From the NCBI RefSeq assembly GCF_001677475.2, contig NZ_CP015229.1: 64,000 nt of DNA. One strand, 5' to 3'. A program made the position numbers and the translations under genes. Numbering within the stretch: position 1 is the stretch's first letter; each line of letters starts with the position of its first letter. This document shows positions 48,589 to 61,063 of this stretch, piece by piece. Under the pieces are notes generated by a model. The model made no database searches. It saw nothing but the letters and a program-made list of their open reading frames with translations, and had not been told where the DNA came from. Origin of the DNA: Escherichia coli (GTDB lineage: Bacteria > Pseudomonadota > Gammaproteobacteria > Enterobacterales > Enterobacteriaceae).

Positions 48589-49325
48589 TTCCTTTCAAAT
48601 GAAACGGAGCTGCCATGCTCCGTTTACTTCGTCATTATTTTTACTTTGTTCCCGCGCAGTTATCAAAAGCAAAAGGAATAGGTAAAAATATTCTTCTCAA
48701 ATTACAGTTAGTTATAAGGATTTCCTTAACTGCTTCTCCTCACCATCATGTTATTTTCGCCACATCATAATCCTGGGCTTGCTGAAGAATAATTGAAATG
48801 ATATTAGTAATTCCACTGCCTTTGGTAGAGGAAAGTGCTAAATAATAATCAATTGTTAAATTATTGTGCATTTCACTACTGGAACTGTAATCAGAAAAGA
48901 GAGACATGCTTAACCAATCTCTATTTGATTGAATTGAAAGATGTTTGTTAAGACATGGATGCAAGCTATAGATTCTGATACGGTCAATAAAAGAGAATTG
49001 CTTAACAATTTTGCAAAATGTATTGGCGAGTAAGAACCGCATTTGGTACTTTCCGGGCAACCGCCAGACGATTCTTTATTGGTAATGAGAATAATTAACA
49101 ATTAAAGAACGGCGCGAAAGAATAATGTGTCTCGACAGGGGAGACACAGTACGAATCGACATAAGGTGATCGTCTGAATCACCAGAATAAATAAAGTCGG
49201 TGATAGTAATACGTAACGATAAAGTAACCTGACAGTAGAAAGTCTCCGAGCCTGTGCAGGGTCCCAATCCGGGATTACACATGCTGGTTAATACCAGTAA
49301 TTATAATGAGGGAGTCCAAAAAACA

Positions 49326-50957
49326 ATGACCAACATCACCAAGAGAAGTTTAGTAGCAGCTGGCGTTCTGGCTGCGCTAATGGCAGGGAATGTCGCGCTG
49401 GCAGCTGATGTACCCGCAGGCGTCACACTGGCGGAAAAACAAACGCTGGTACGTAACAATGGTTCAGAAGTTCAGTCATTAGATCCGCACAAAATTGAAG
49501 GTGTTCCGGAGTCTAATATCAGCCGAGACCTGTTTGAAGGCTTACTGGTCAGCGATCTTGACGGTCATCCGGCACCTGGCGTCGCTGAATCCTGGGATAA
49601 TAAAGACGCGAAAGTCTGGACCTTCCATTTGCGTAAAGATGCGAAATGGTCTGATGGCACGCCAGTCACAGCACAAGACTTTGTGTATAGCTGGCAACGT
49701 TCTGTTGATCCGAACACTGCTTCTCCGTATGCCAGTTATCTGCAATATGGTCATATCGCCGGTATTGATGAAATTCTTGAAGGGAAAAAACCAATTACCG
49801 ATCTCGGCGTGAAAGCTATTGATGATCACACATTAGAAGTCACCTTAAGTGAACCCGTTCCGTACTTCTATAAATTACTTGTTCACCCATCGACTTCACC
49901 GGTGCCAAAAGCCGCTATCGAGAAATTCGGCGAAAAATGGACCCAGCCTGGTAATATCGTCACCAACGGTGCCTATACCTTAAAAGATTGGGTCGTAAAC
50001 GAACGAATCGTTCTTGAACGCAGCCCGACCTACTGGAACAACGCGAAAACCGTTATTAACCAGGTAACCTATTTGCCTATTGCTTCTGAAGTTACCGATG
50101 TCAACCGCTACCGTAGTGGTGAAATCGACATGACGTATAACAACATGCCGATCGAATTGTTCCAGAAGCTGAAAAAAGAGATCCCGGACGAAGTTCACGT
50201 TGATCCATACCTGTGCACTTACTATTACGAAATTAACAACCAGAAACCGCCATTCAACGATGTGCGTGTGCGTACCGCACTGAAACTAGGTATGGACCGC
50301 GATATCATTGTTAATAAAGTGAAAGCGCAGGGCGACATGCCCGCCTATGGTTACACTCCACCGTATACTGATGGCGCAAAATTGACTCAGCCAGAATGGT
50401 TTGGCTGGAGCCAGGAAAAACGTAACGAAGAAGCGAAAAAACTGCTGGCTGAAGCGGGTTATACCGCAGACAAACCGTTGACCATCAACCTGCTGTATAA
50501 CACCTCCGATCTGCATAAAAAGCTGGCGATTGCTGCCTCTTCATTGTGGAAGAAAAACATTGGTGTAAACGTCAAACTGGTTAACCAGGAGTGGAAAACG
50601 TTCCTCGACACCCGTCACCAGGGCACTTTTGATGTGGCCCGTGCAGGCTGGTGTGCAGACTACAACGAACCAACTTCCTTCCTGAACACCATGCTGTCGA
50701 ACAGCTCGATGAATACCGCGCATTATAAGAGCCCGGCCTTTGACAGCATTATGGCGGAAACGCTGAAAGCGACTGACGAGGCGCAGCGCACAGCTCTGTA
50801 CACTAAAGCAGAACAACAGCTGGATAAGGATTCGGCCATTGTTCCTGTTTATTACTACGTGAATGCGCGTCTGGTGAAACCGTGGGTTGGTGGCTATACC
50901 GGCAAAGATCCGCTGGATAATACCTACACCCGGAATATGTACATTGTGAAGCACTAA
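49326..50957 (+). CDS. oppA: periplasmic oligopeptide-binding protein OppA
   Basis: ORF 49254..50957; ATG at 49326 gives MTNITKRSLVAAGVLAALMAGNVALA signal peptide, 543 aa. Confidence 0.95.
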   Translation: MTNITKRSLVAAGVLAALMAGNVALAADVPAGVTLAEKQTLVRNNGSEVQSLDPHKIEGVPESNISRDLFEGLLVSDLDGHPAPGVAESWDNKDAKVWTFHLRKDAKWSDGTPVTAQDFVYSWQRSVDPNTASPYASYLQYGHIAGIDEILEGKKPITDLGVKAIDDHTLEVTLSEPVPYFYKLLVHPSTSPVPKAAIEKFGEKWTQPGNIVTNGAYTLKDWVVNERIVLERSPTYWNNAKTVINQVTYLPIASEVTDVNRYRSGEIDMTYNNMPIELFQKLKKEIPDEVHVDPYLCTYYYEINNQKPPFNDVRVRTALKLGMDRDIIVNKVKAQGDMPAYGYTPPYTDGAKLTQPEWFGWSQEKRNEEAKKLLAEAGYTADKPLTINLLYNTSDLHKKLAIAASSLWKKNIGVNVKLVNQEWKTFLDTRHQGTFDVARAGWCADYNEPTSFLNTMLSNSSMNTAHYKSPAFDSIMAETLKATDEAQRTALYTKAEQQLDKDSAIVPVYYYVNARLVKPWVGGYTGKDPLDNTYTRNMYIVKH

Positions 50958-51042
50958 TGGCAATACGTGGGGCAGGAGTGTCCTGCTCCACGGTGTCTGA
51001 TTTTTATCGCATTACAGAAGGCACAGGCCAGAAGGTAGGGCA

Positions 51043-51963
51043 ATGTTAAAATTTATTCTACGTCGCTGTCTGGAAGCGATTCCGACGCTATTTATTCTTA
51101 TTACTATTTCGTTCTTTATGATGCGCCTCGCGCCGGGAAGCCCTTTTACCGGCGAACGTACTTTACCGCCTGAAGTGATGGCCAATATCGAAGCGAAATA
51201 TCATCTTAATGATCCGATCATGACACAGTATTTCAGCTACCTGAAACAACTGGCGCACGGTGATTTCGGTCCATCGTTTAAATATAAAGATTATTCGGTC
51301 AATGACCTGGTGGCATCCAGTTTTCCCGTTTCTGCCAAACTGGGAGCCGCAGCATTTTTCCTTGCGGTAATACTGGGTGTTAGTGCTGGCGTTATTGCCG
51401 CATTAAAACAAAACACCAAATGGGACTATACCGTGATGGGGCTGGCAATGACCGGGGTTGTTATCCCCAGTTTTGTGGTTGCGCCATTATTAGTCATGAT
51501 ATTTGCGATCATTTTGCATTGGCTGCCGGGCGGTGGCTGGAATGGTGGGGCGCTTAAATTCATGATATTGCCGATGGTGGCGTTGTCACTCGCCTATATC
51601 GCCAGTATTGCGCGTATTACCCGTGGCTCTATGATTGAGGTTTTACACTCCAACTTTATTCGTACTGCCCGGGCGAAAGGGTTACCTATGCGGCGGATCA
51701 TTTTACGCCACGCATTAAAACCTGCTCTGTTACCCGTGCTCTCCTATATGGGCCCCGCATTTGTCGGCATTATTACCGGTTCTATGGTCATCGAAACCAT
51801 TTATGGTTTGCCGGGGATTGGGCAATTGTTCGTTAATGGCGCATTGAACCGTGACTATTCCTTAGTGTTAAGCCTGACCATCCTGGTTGGTGCGTTAACC
51901 ATTTTGTTTAATGCCATTGTCGATGTGCTATATGCGGTTATCGACCCGAAAATCCGTTACTGA
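51043..51963 (+). CDS. oppB: oligopeptide ABC transporter permease OppB
   Basis: 306 aa, six TM, ABC permease signature. Confidence 0.95.
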   Translation: MLKFILRRCLEAIPTLFILITISFFMMRLAPGSPFTGERTLPPEVMANIEAKYHLNDPIMTQYFSYLKQLAHGDFGPSFKYKDYSVNDLVASSFPVSAKLGAAAFFLAVILGVSAGVIAALKQNTKWDYTVMGLAMTGVVIPSFVVAPLLVMIFAIILHWLPGGGWNGGALKFMILPMVALSLAYIASIARITRGSMIEVLHSNFIRTARAKGLPMRRIILRHALKPALLPVLSYMGPAFVGIITGSMVIETIYGLPGIGQLFVNGALNRDYSLVLSLTILVGALTILFNAIVDVLYAVIDPKIRY

Positions 51964-51977
51964 TACTGGAGCTCGCG

Positions 51978-52886
51978 ATGATGTTAAGTAAGAAAAACAG
52001 CGAGACGCTGGAAAATTTCAGTGAAAAGCTGGAGGTCGAAGGGCGCAGCTTGTGGCAGGACGCACGTCGACGTTTTATGCATAACCGTGCGGCGGTTGCC
52101 AGTCTGATAGTGCTGGTGCTGATCGCGTTATTTGTAATCCTGGCACCGATGCTTTCGCAGTTTGCCTATGACGATACTGACTGGGCGATGATGTCCAGCG
52201 CCCCGGATATGGAGTCCGGTCACTACTTTGGTACTGACTCATCCGGTCGCGACCTGCTTGTGCGCGTTGCGATTGGCGGGCGTATCTCACTCATGGTCGG
52301 TGTTGCTGCGGCACTGGTGGCAGTGGTCGTGGGGACACTTTACGGTTCGCTTTCCGGTTATCTGGGCGGTAAAGTGGATTCGGTAATGATGCGTCTGCTG
52401 GAAATCCTCAACTCCTTCCCATTCATGTTCTTCGTCATTTTGCTGGTGACCTTTTTCGGTCAAAACATCCTGCTGATTTTCGTGGCGATTGGCATGGTTT
52501 CCTGGCTGGATATGGCTCGTATTGTGCGTGGGCAAACCCTGAGTCTGAAGCGCAAAGAGTTTATTGAGGCGGCACAAGTTGGTGGTGTATCGACGCCGGG
52601 CATTGTTATTCGCCACATTGTGCCGAACGTACTCGGTGTGGTGGTGGTCTACGCATCGCTTCTGGTGCCCAGCATGATCCTCTTTGAATCTTTCCTTAGC
52701 TTCCTGGGGTTGGGTACGCAAGAGCCGTTAAGCAGCTGGGGGGCATTGCTGAGTGATGGCGCGAACTCGATGGAAGTCTCTCCATGGTTACTGTTGTTCC
52801 CAGCGGGATTCCTCGTGGTGACGCTGTTTTGTTTCAACTTTATCGGCGATGGCTTGCGTGATGCCCTCGACCCGAAAGATCGTTAA
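51978..52886 (+). CDS. oppC: oligopeptide ABC transporter permease OppC
   Basis: 302 aa. Confidence 0.95.
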   Translation: MMLSKKNSETLENFSEKLEVEGRSLWQDARRRFMHNRAAVASLIVLVLIALFVILAPMLSQFAYDDTDWAMMSSAPDMESGHYFGTDSSGRDLLVRVAIGGRISLMVGVAAALVAVVVGTLYGSLSGYLGGKVDSVMMRLLEILNSFPFMFFVILLVTFFGQNILLIFVAIGMVSWLDMARIVRGQTLSLKRKEFIEAAQVGGVSTPGIVIRHIVPNVLGVVVVYASLLVPSMILFESFLSFLGLGTQEPLSSWGALLSDGANSMEVSPWLLLFPAGFLVVTLFCFNFIGDGLRDALDPKDR

Positions 52887-52897
52887 GGAGTGCAGCC

Positions 52898-53911
52898 ATG
52901 AGCGTAATTGAAACTGCAACTGTGCCGCTCGCACAACAACAGGCTGACGCACTGCTGAACGTGAAAGATTTGCGCGTCACCTTTAGTACCCCGGACGGCG
53001 ACGTCACGGCGGTCAATGATTTGAATTTTTCCCTACGTGCCGGAGAAACGCTGGGCATTGTGGGTGAGTCTGGCTCGGGTAAATCGCAAACTGCATTTGC
53101 GTTGATGGGCCTGTTGGCTGCTAACGGACGTATTGGCGGATCGGCAACCTTCAATGGGCGTGAAATCCTCAATTTGCCAGAGCGTGAACTCAATAAACTG
53201 CGCGCTGAACAAATCTCAATGATTTTTCAGGACCCAATGACTTCGTTGAATCCCTATATGCGCGTCGGTGAGCAGTTGATGGAAGTGCTGATGCTGCATA
53301 AGAACATGAGCAAAGCTGAGGCGTTTGAAGAGTCGGTGCGGATGCTCGATGCGGTAAAAATGCCGGAAGCGCGTAAACGCATGAAAATGTACCCGCACGA
53401 ATTTTCTGGCGGCATGCGTCAACGAGTCATGATTGCGATGGCATTGCTATGTCGACCTAAGCTGCTGATTGCGGATGAACCCACTACTGCGTTGGACGTC
53501 ACCGTACAGGCGCAGATCATGACGCTATTGAATGAACTGAAGCGTGAATTTAATACCGCCATCATTATGATCACCCACGATCTTGGCGTGGTGGCGGGGA
53601 TCTGTGACAAAGTGCTGGTAATGTACGCCGGGCGCACGATGGAATATGGCAACGCGCGCGATGTCTTTTATCAACCCGTTCATCCTTATTCTATCGGTTT
53701 GCTCAACGCGGTGCCGCGTCTCGATGCGGAAGGTGAAACAATGTTGACCATCCCGGGTAATCCGCCAAACCTGCTGCGATTACCGAAAGGTTGCCCGTTC
53801 CAGCCACGTTGTCCGTATGCGATGGAAATTTGTAGTAGCGCACCGCCGCTGGAAGAGTTTACGCCTGGCCGTCTGCGTGCTTGCTTTAAACCGGTGGAGG
53901 AACTGTTATGA
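52898..53911 (+). CDS. oppD: oligopeptide ABC transporter ATPase OppD
   Basis: 337 aa, Walker A GESGSGKS, signature FSGGMRQR. Confidence 0.95.
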   Translation: MSVIETATVPLAQQQADALLNVKDLRVTFSTPDGDVTAVNDLNFSLRAGETLGIVGESGSGKSQTAFALMGLLAANGRIGGSATFNGREILNLPERELNKLRAEQISMIFQDPMTSLNPYMRVGEQLMEVLMLHKNMSKAEAFEESVRMLDAVKMPEARKRMKMYPHEFSGGMRQRVMIAMALLCRPKLLIADEPTTALDVTVQAQIMTLLNELKREFNTAIIMITHDLGVVAGICDKVLVMYAGRTMEYGNARDVFYQPVHPYSIGLLNAVPRLDAEGETMLTIPGNPPNLLRLPKGCPFQPRCPYAMEICSSAPPLEEFTPGRLRACFKPVEELL

Positions 53912-54912
53912 ATGCTGTAACCGAAGGAAGAAAAGTTCTCCTCGAAATCGCCGATCTGAAAGTGCACTTTGAAATCAAAGATGGCAAGCAGTGGTTCTGG
54001 CAACCGCCGAAAACTCTCAAAGCCGTCGATGGTGTAACTCTTCGCCTGTATGAAGGGGAAACATTAGGTGTGGTAGGGGAATCGGGATGCGGTAAGTCCA
54101 CCTTTGCTCGCGCCATCATTGGCCTGGTTAAAGCGACCGACGGTCATGTTGCCTGGTTAGGCAAAGAGTTGCTGGGCATGAAGCCCGATGAATGGCGTGC
54201 CGTTCGCAGTGATATCCAGATGATTTTCCAGGATCCGTTGGCATCGCTAAACCCGCGTATGACCATCGGCGAGATCATCGCTGAACCACTGCATACTTAT
54301 CATCCGAAAATGTCACGCCTGCAAGTTCGCGAGCGCGTGAAGGCGATGATGCTGAAAGTCGGGTTATTGCCTAACCTGATTAACCGCTATCCGCATGAGT
54401 TCTCTGGTGGGCAGTGCCAGCGTATCGGGATTGCACGTGCACTTATTCTTGAACCGAAGCTGATTATCTGTGATGAGCCGGTGTCGGCGCTGGACGTGTC
54501 AATTCAGGCGCAGGTGGTCAACCTGCTCCAGCAATTGCAACGTGAGATGGGATTGTCATTAATTTTTATCGCTCATGACCTGGCCGTGGTAAAACACATT
54601 TCCGATCGTGTGTTGGTGATGTATCTCGGCCATGCGGTAGAACTGGGGACCTATGATGAGGTCTACCACAATCCCCTACATCCTTACACCAGGGCATTGA
54701 TGTCGGCAGTCCCCATACCTGATCCGGATCTGGAGAAGAACAAAACCATCCAGTTACTGGAAGGGGAATTACCGTCGCCGATCAACCCGCCTTCCGGTTG
54801 TGTTTTCCGTACCCGTTGCCCGATTGCCGGTCCGGAGTGCGCCAAAACACGTCCTGTTCTGGAGGGGAGTTTCAGACACGCCGTTTCTTGCCTGAAAGTC
54901 GATCCGCTTTAA
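53908..54912 (+). CDS. oppF: oligopeptide ABC transporter ATPase OppF
   Basis: 334 aa, Walker A GESGCGKST, signature FSGGQCQR; ATGA overlap with oppD. Confidence 0.95.
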   Translation: MNAVTEGRKVLLEIADLKVHFEIKDGKQWFWQPPKTLKAVDGVTLRLYEGETLGVVGESGCGKSTFARAIIGLVKATDGHVAWLGKELLGMKPDEWRAVRSDIQMIFQDPLASLNPRMTIGEIIAEPLHTYHPKMSRLQVRERVKAMMLKVGLLPNLINRYPHEFSGGQCQRIGIARALILEPKLIICDEPVSALDVSIQAQVVNLLQQLQREMGLSLIFIAHDLAVVKHISDRVLVMYLGHAVELGTYDEVYHNPLHPYTRALMSAVPIPDPDLEKNKTIQLLEGELPSPINPPSGCVFRTRCPIAGPECAKTRPVLEGSFRHAVSCLKVDPL

Positions 54913-54921
54913 AAACAATAA

Positions 54922-54946
54922 GGGCTGACAGTTGTCAGCCCTTTTT
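54922..54946. terminator. bidirectional rho-independent terminator between convergent oppF and yciU (GGGCTGACA-GT-TGTCAGCCC + T5)
   Basis: Perfect 9-bp stem 10 nt after oppF stop; U-rich on both strands. Confidence 0.85.
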
Positions 54947-54964
54947 CACGCCAAAAGCGATTAT

Positions 54965-56789
<1,825 letters not shown>

Positions 56790-56931
56790 AGATTAGAAAT
56801 CCTTTTGAAAGCGCATTGTTATGAGTTTACGCATATGGATTCATCTGGCAAATAAAAACGCGGGAAAAGCACTGGTCAGCGTCGGGGGCGGGGGTATAAT
56901 GACCATTCTGTTATTGCATAGAGTAGTTAAC

Positions 56932-57105
56932 ATGAAGCGGAGTAGAACGGAAGTGGGGCGCTGGCGCATGCAGCGTCAGGCTAGCCGACGTAAATCGCGT
57001 TGGCTTGAGGGGCAATCGCGCCGAAATATGCGTATCCACAGCATCAGGAAGTGCATTCTAAACAAACAGCGTAACTCGTTATTGTTTGCGATCTACAATA
57101 TCTAA
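56932..57105 (+). CDS. yciY: small highly basic protein YciY (57 aa)
   Basis: ORF 56821..57105; internal ATG gives MKRSRTEVGRWRMQRQASRRKSRWLEGQSRRNMRIHSIRK... Confidence 0.55.
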   Translation: MKRSRTEVGRWRMQRQASRRKSRWLEGQSRRNMRIHSIRKCILNKQRNSLLFAIYNI

Positions 57106-57159
57106 ATGTACTGGGCACCATTGCGGTGCCCAATAAGTTTACTCTTCCGTCTTTAAACT

Positions 57160-58413
57160 CTATTTTTGCGCCGATTCTTTACTGTCAGCTTTCGTTTCTT
57201 GTTCATCGTTATCGCTGAAAATACCATGACCGGAGTTCAACAACATTGAAACAAGCATATCATTATTAATCTCTTCACCATTTAAAACTCGCGCCAGAAT
57301 TTCGCTGCCAAACAGTTGCGGTGATAGAATGATATCCGGATGTACCATCTTAATCTTATTCAGGTTTTTGCTATCACTGACGGCGAGAACTGTTTTGACA
57401 TCACTGCTCATATCTTTTGCCGAGAGTACAACAAACGCGTTATCTGCATCGTTATCACTCAGCGCCAGAATGGCCCGGCATCGATCGATTCCCGCTTTCT
57501 TTAATACTGAACTGTCATTACTGTCACCGGGGATAACATCAGCATTATCGCCTAAGCGTTGCTCAAGTTGCTTGATATCATCTTCAGGCAAGTTGCTGAT
57601 AACCGTTACGTTTTGTCCGCGTTGATTCAGTTGTAGGATCGTATTGATGGCGAGAATCGAATGTCCGCAAACAATAAAATGATCTTTACGATGCATTGTA
57701 TGATTGTTTCCTTTTACAAGTTTGTTGAATCCCCCGCGGATAAGCGGACCAAAAATTGAGGTCATGGAGGTGGCAAAAACGGTAATGCCGGAAATAATGA
57801 CCGAAATAGTGAACAATCGTGCTGATTCAGAAACAGGGACAATATCGCCATATCCGACGGTTGACATGGTTTCTATCGAAAAATAGAACGCGGTCATCAA
57901 ACTTTCTATTCGCGGATTAAAACCTTCGCTTAAATAAAGCGCACCGTAGGTGGAGTAAAACAGTAACGTCGTGAAACTAATAAATGCAAAAATTGTCCCG
58001 GCTGCGGCGCTACTGTGGGAAAAGTCTTTGCGCAGTATCAGCAAAAACACCAGCGTAAAAATGCAAAATCCAATACTAAATTTCAGCCAGGGATAAAAAT
58101 GCAGGGTGTAAATTAGCGCTATCAACAACAAAATGATACTGATTGCCCATGCGAGTTTTGCCCGGAACAGTAAGCCAATGGAGTTCAGGACAAGAAAGAC
58201 GCCGAGCATAAATAGTGGGGCGTTTGCCAGCAAGGAGAGATCCAACTCTGAAAATGCTTTGATATGGAAAATATCAAGCAAATTGACCGACATACCATAG
58301 ATTGTTTTAAAAATAAGCAATCCATTTAAAAAGACGGCCAGCGCGAGAATGTCGTGCCGTAGGGTCACCCATAAATTTGTTGCTGTTTGTTTGAATGTAG
58401 CCCAGTGACTCAC
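57160..58413 (-). CDS. kch: voltage-gated K+ channel Kch
   Basis: ORF 57160..58431; GTG start gives 417 aa; six TM, selectivity filter TVGYGD, C-terminal RCK domain. Confidence 0.9.
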   Translation of the reverse strand: MSHWATFKQTATNLWVTLRHDILALAVFLNGLLIFKTIYGMSVNLLDIFHIKAFSELDLSLLANAPLFMLGVFLVLNSIGLLFRAKLAWAISIILLLIALIYTLHFYPWLKFSIGFCIFTLVFLLILRKDFSHSSAAAGTIFAFISFTTLLFYSTYGALYLSEGFNPRIESLMTAFYFSIETMSTVGYGDIVPVSESARLFTISVIISGITVFATSMTSIFGPLIRGGFNKLVKGNNHTMHRKDHFIVCGHSILAINTILQLNQRGQNVTVISNLPEDDIKQLEQRLGDNADVIPGDSNDSSVLKKAGIDRCRAILALSDNDADNAFVVLSAKDMSSDVKTVLAVSDSKNLNKIKMVHPDIILSPQLFGSEILARVLNGEEINNDMLVSMLLNSGHGIFSDNDEQETKADSKESAQK

Positions 58414-58712
58414 TGATACCTCTGTAACCACAATTTTGTTTAATTATCTTAGCGTGCACATTTTCTGAATATACATGCAGCGCGTGAATGTGTTAAACAA
58501 TAGTAGATGACTTTATCCGCAGTAATCAAAGGTTTTGAGCGAGCAACTATACCTCAGGAAAGGTCATTTTTCCTGAATATGCTCACATCATATAAAGAAA
58601 TACAGATAAAGTTATTATCTGCTTGTGGTGGTGAATGCACTGACCGGCTATAAGGAAAGGCCAAACAAGAACACGGTTGCAAAAACCGTGCCCTTAAATA
58701 TTGAATCTCTAT

Positions 58713-59009
58713 TCAGAACACTTTCTTAAATGGTTTCACTGAAACGTGTTCATAGACACCTGCCGCTACGTACGGGTCAGCATCGGCCCAGGCCTGAGCT
58801 GCTTCCAGCGATTCAAATTCAGCAATAACGGTTGAGCCAGTAAATCCCGCAGCCCCTGGATCGTTACTGTCTACCGCTGACATTGGACCAGCTGTCAACA
58901 AACGACCTTCATCATGCAGTAACTGTAAACGTGCTAAATGTGCCGGACGAACGGAAAGGCGTTTTTCGAGGCTATCAGCTTTGTCTTGAGCGTAAATAAC
59001 ATACAACAC
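58713..59009 (-). CDS. yciI: YciI-like protein (Dabb/stress-responsive fold)
   Basis: ORF 58713..59105; GTG at 59009 with AAGGAG RBS 7 nt upstream gives 98 aa. Confidence 0.8.
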   Translation of the reverse strand: MLYVIYAQDKADSLEKRLSVRPAHLARLQLLHDEGRLLTAGPMSAVDSNDPGAAGFTGSTVIAEFESLEAAQAWADADPYVAAGVYEHVSVKPFKKVF

Positions 59010-59165
59010 GGGCACAACTCCTTGTTCGGGAAAGTTGTAAAGTACGTTATTTGAAAGGGCGAAGATCTGCAACGGAAAGATGATGTCTTTGTTAAGACCA
59101 TGCATAAAGTAAGGTCAATTACGCCAAAAATGACATTTTCACTGATCCTGATCGTCTTGCCTTAT

Positions 59166-59185
59166 TGAATATGATTGCTATTTGC
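59166..59185 (+). promoter_or_regulatory. Fur box in tonB promoter (TGAATATGATTGCTATTTGC)
   Basis: AT-rich hexamer-repeat Fur-like operator about 50 nt upstream of tonB ATG. Confidence 0.55.
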
Positions 59186-59232
59186 ATTTAAAATCGAGGC
59201 CTGGTTTTTCTACTGAAATGATTATGACTTCA

Positions 59233-59952
59233 ATGACCCTTGATTTACCTCGCCGCTTCCCCTGGCCGACGTTACTTTCGGTCTGCATTCATGGTGCTGT
59301 TGTGGCGGGTCTGCTCTATACCTCGGTACATCAGGTTATTGAACTACCTGCGCCTGCGCAGCCGATTTCTGTCACGATGGTTGCGCCTGCTGATCTCGAA
59401 CCGCCACAAGCCGTTCAGCCGCCACCGGAGCCGGTGGTAGAGCCAGAACCGGAACCTGAGCCGATCCCCGAACCGCCAAAAGAAGCACCGGTGGTCATTG
59501 AAAAGCCGAAGCCGAAACCTAAGCCAAAACCGAAGCCGGTGAAAAAGGTACAGGAGCAGCCAAAACGCGATGTCAAACCCGTAGAGTCGCGTCCGGCATC
59601 ACCGTTTGAAAATACGGCACCGGCACGCCCGACATCAAGTACAGCAACGGCTGCAACCAGCAAGCCGGTTACCAGTGTGGCTTCAGGACCACGCGCATTA
59701 AGCCGTAATCAGCCGCAGTATCCGGCACGAGCACAGGCATTGCGCATTGAAGGGCAGGTTAAAGTTAAATTTGACGTCACGCCGGATGGTCGCGTGGATA
59801 ACGTACAAATCCTCTCAGCCAAGCCTGCGAACATGTTTGAGCGTGAGGTGAAAAATGCGATGCGCAGATGGCGTTATGAGCCGGGTAAGCCAGGCAGTGG
59901 GATTGTGGTGAATATCCTGTTTAAAATTAACGGCACCACCGAAATTCAGTAA
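59233..59952 (+). CDS. tonB: TonB energy transducer
   Basis: ORF 59182..59952; ATG at 59233 gives [21 protein letters not shown]..., 239 aa; (EP)n and (KP)n repeats. Confidence 0.95.
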   Translation: MTLDLPRRFPWPTLLSVCIHGAVVAGLLYTSVHQVIELPAPAQPISVTMVAPADLEPPQAVQPPPEPVVEPEPEPEPIPEPPKEAPVVIEKPKPKPKPKPKPVKKVQEQPKRDVKPVESRPASPFENTAPARPTSSTATAATSKPVTSVASGPRALSRNQPQYPARAQALRIEGQVKVKFDVTPDGRVDNVQILSAKPANMFEREVKNAMRRWRYEPGKPGSGIVVNILFKINGTTEIQ

Positions 59953-59962
59953 GCAGAAAGTC

Positions 59963-59986
59963 AAAAGCCTCCGTCCGGAGGCTTTT
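59963..59986. terminator. bidirectional rho-independent terminator between convergent tonB and yciA (AAGCCTCCG-TC-CGGAGGCTT)
   Basis: Perfect 9-bp stem flanked by A-run and T-run. Confidence 0.85.
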
Positions 59987-59991
59987 GATTA

Positions 59992-60390
59992 TTACTCAAC
60001 AGGTAAGGCGCGAGGTTTTCCTTCAGGATCAACCGCGACATACTTAAATAATGCTTCTGTCGCTTTATAGCGTTGCCCGATTGGTTCAGAGGCTACTTTT
60101 TTCACCCACACTTCAATATTAATGCTGACCGATGTCGTCCCTTTCTGGACACAGCGTGCATAGCAGCACACCACATCGCCGACCGCAACCGGCCGTAAGA
60201 AAGTCATTCCTTCAACCCGCACAGTCACTACGCGACCGTGGGCAATTTCTTTCGCCAGAATAGCGCCGCCAATATCCATTTGTGACATTAACCAACCACC
60301 AAAGATGTCACCATTGGCATTGGTATCGGCGGGCATGGCTAAAGTACGTAAAACAAGATCGCCCTGAGGGACGTTATGTGTTGTAGACAT
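59992..60390 (-). CDS. yciA: acyl-CoA thioesterase YciA (hotdog fold)
   Basis: 132 aa, MSTTHNVPQGDLVLRTLAMPADTNANGDIFGGW... Confidence 0.9.
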   Translation of the reverse strand: MSTTHNVPQGDLVLRTLAMPADTNANGDIFGGWLMSQMDIGGAILAKEIAHGRVVTVRVEGMTFLRPVAVGDVVCCYARCVQKGTTSVSINIEVWVKKVASEPIGQRYKATEALFKYVAVDPEGKPRALPVE

Positions 60391-60494
60391 GGTAAAACCG
60401 ACTTAAAAGGAAAATCACAGGCGCGATGCTACTATGATTTTCCTGAGGAGAACAGAGGAGATACATCGCCAGCCCCGAAGGACTGGCAGTCTGG

Positions 60495-61034
60495 TTAGGA
60501 TTTATCTTCCTGCGGCATGTGGCGGTAGATATAGATACCGCTTAACAATGTGAAGATTAAGGTAAGGGCGGTCAGGCCAAAGACTTTAAAGTTGACCCAA
60601 ATATTTTGCGGCAGCCAGAATGCGATGTAGATGTTTGCCAGACCGCAAAGGATAAAGAAAACAGCCCAGGCCAGATTTAGCTTCGACCATACCGGTTGCG
60701 GCAGCGTGAGTTCTTTACCCAGCATCCGCTGAATTAGCGGTTTTTTCATCACCCATTGGCTGACTAACAGGGCTCCCGCAAACAGAGCATAAATGACTGT
60801 AACCTTCCATTTAATAAACTCATCATTGTGGAAGAACAGCGTCAAGCCACCGAAGACGACCACCAGAACAAAAGTGATCAGGGCCATCTTCTCAACCTTA
60901 CGAAAGCGAACCCAGCTATAGATAAGCACAATCGCCGTGGCGACGATCAGCGCCGCAGTAGCCGCATAGATGTCATAAATCTTGTAAAACGTGAAAAAGA
61001 CAACCAGCGGTAAAAAATCAAGAAACTGCTTCAT
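60495..61034 (-). CDS. yciB: inner-membrane protein YciB (intracellular septation protein A family)
   Basis: 179 aa, five TM segments. Confidence 0.9.
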   Translation of the reverse strand: MKQFLDFLPLVVFFTFYKIYDIYAATAALIVATAIVLIYSWVRFRKVEKMALITFVLVVVFGGLTLFFHNDEFIKWKVTVIYALFAGALLVSQWVMKKPLIQRMLGKELTLPQPVWSKLNLAWAVFFILCGLANIYIAFWLPQNIWVNFKVFGLTALTLIFTLLSGIYIYRHMPQEDKS

Positions 61035-61063
61035 TTTACGATTCCGTAATCAAATGCTTAAGG

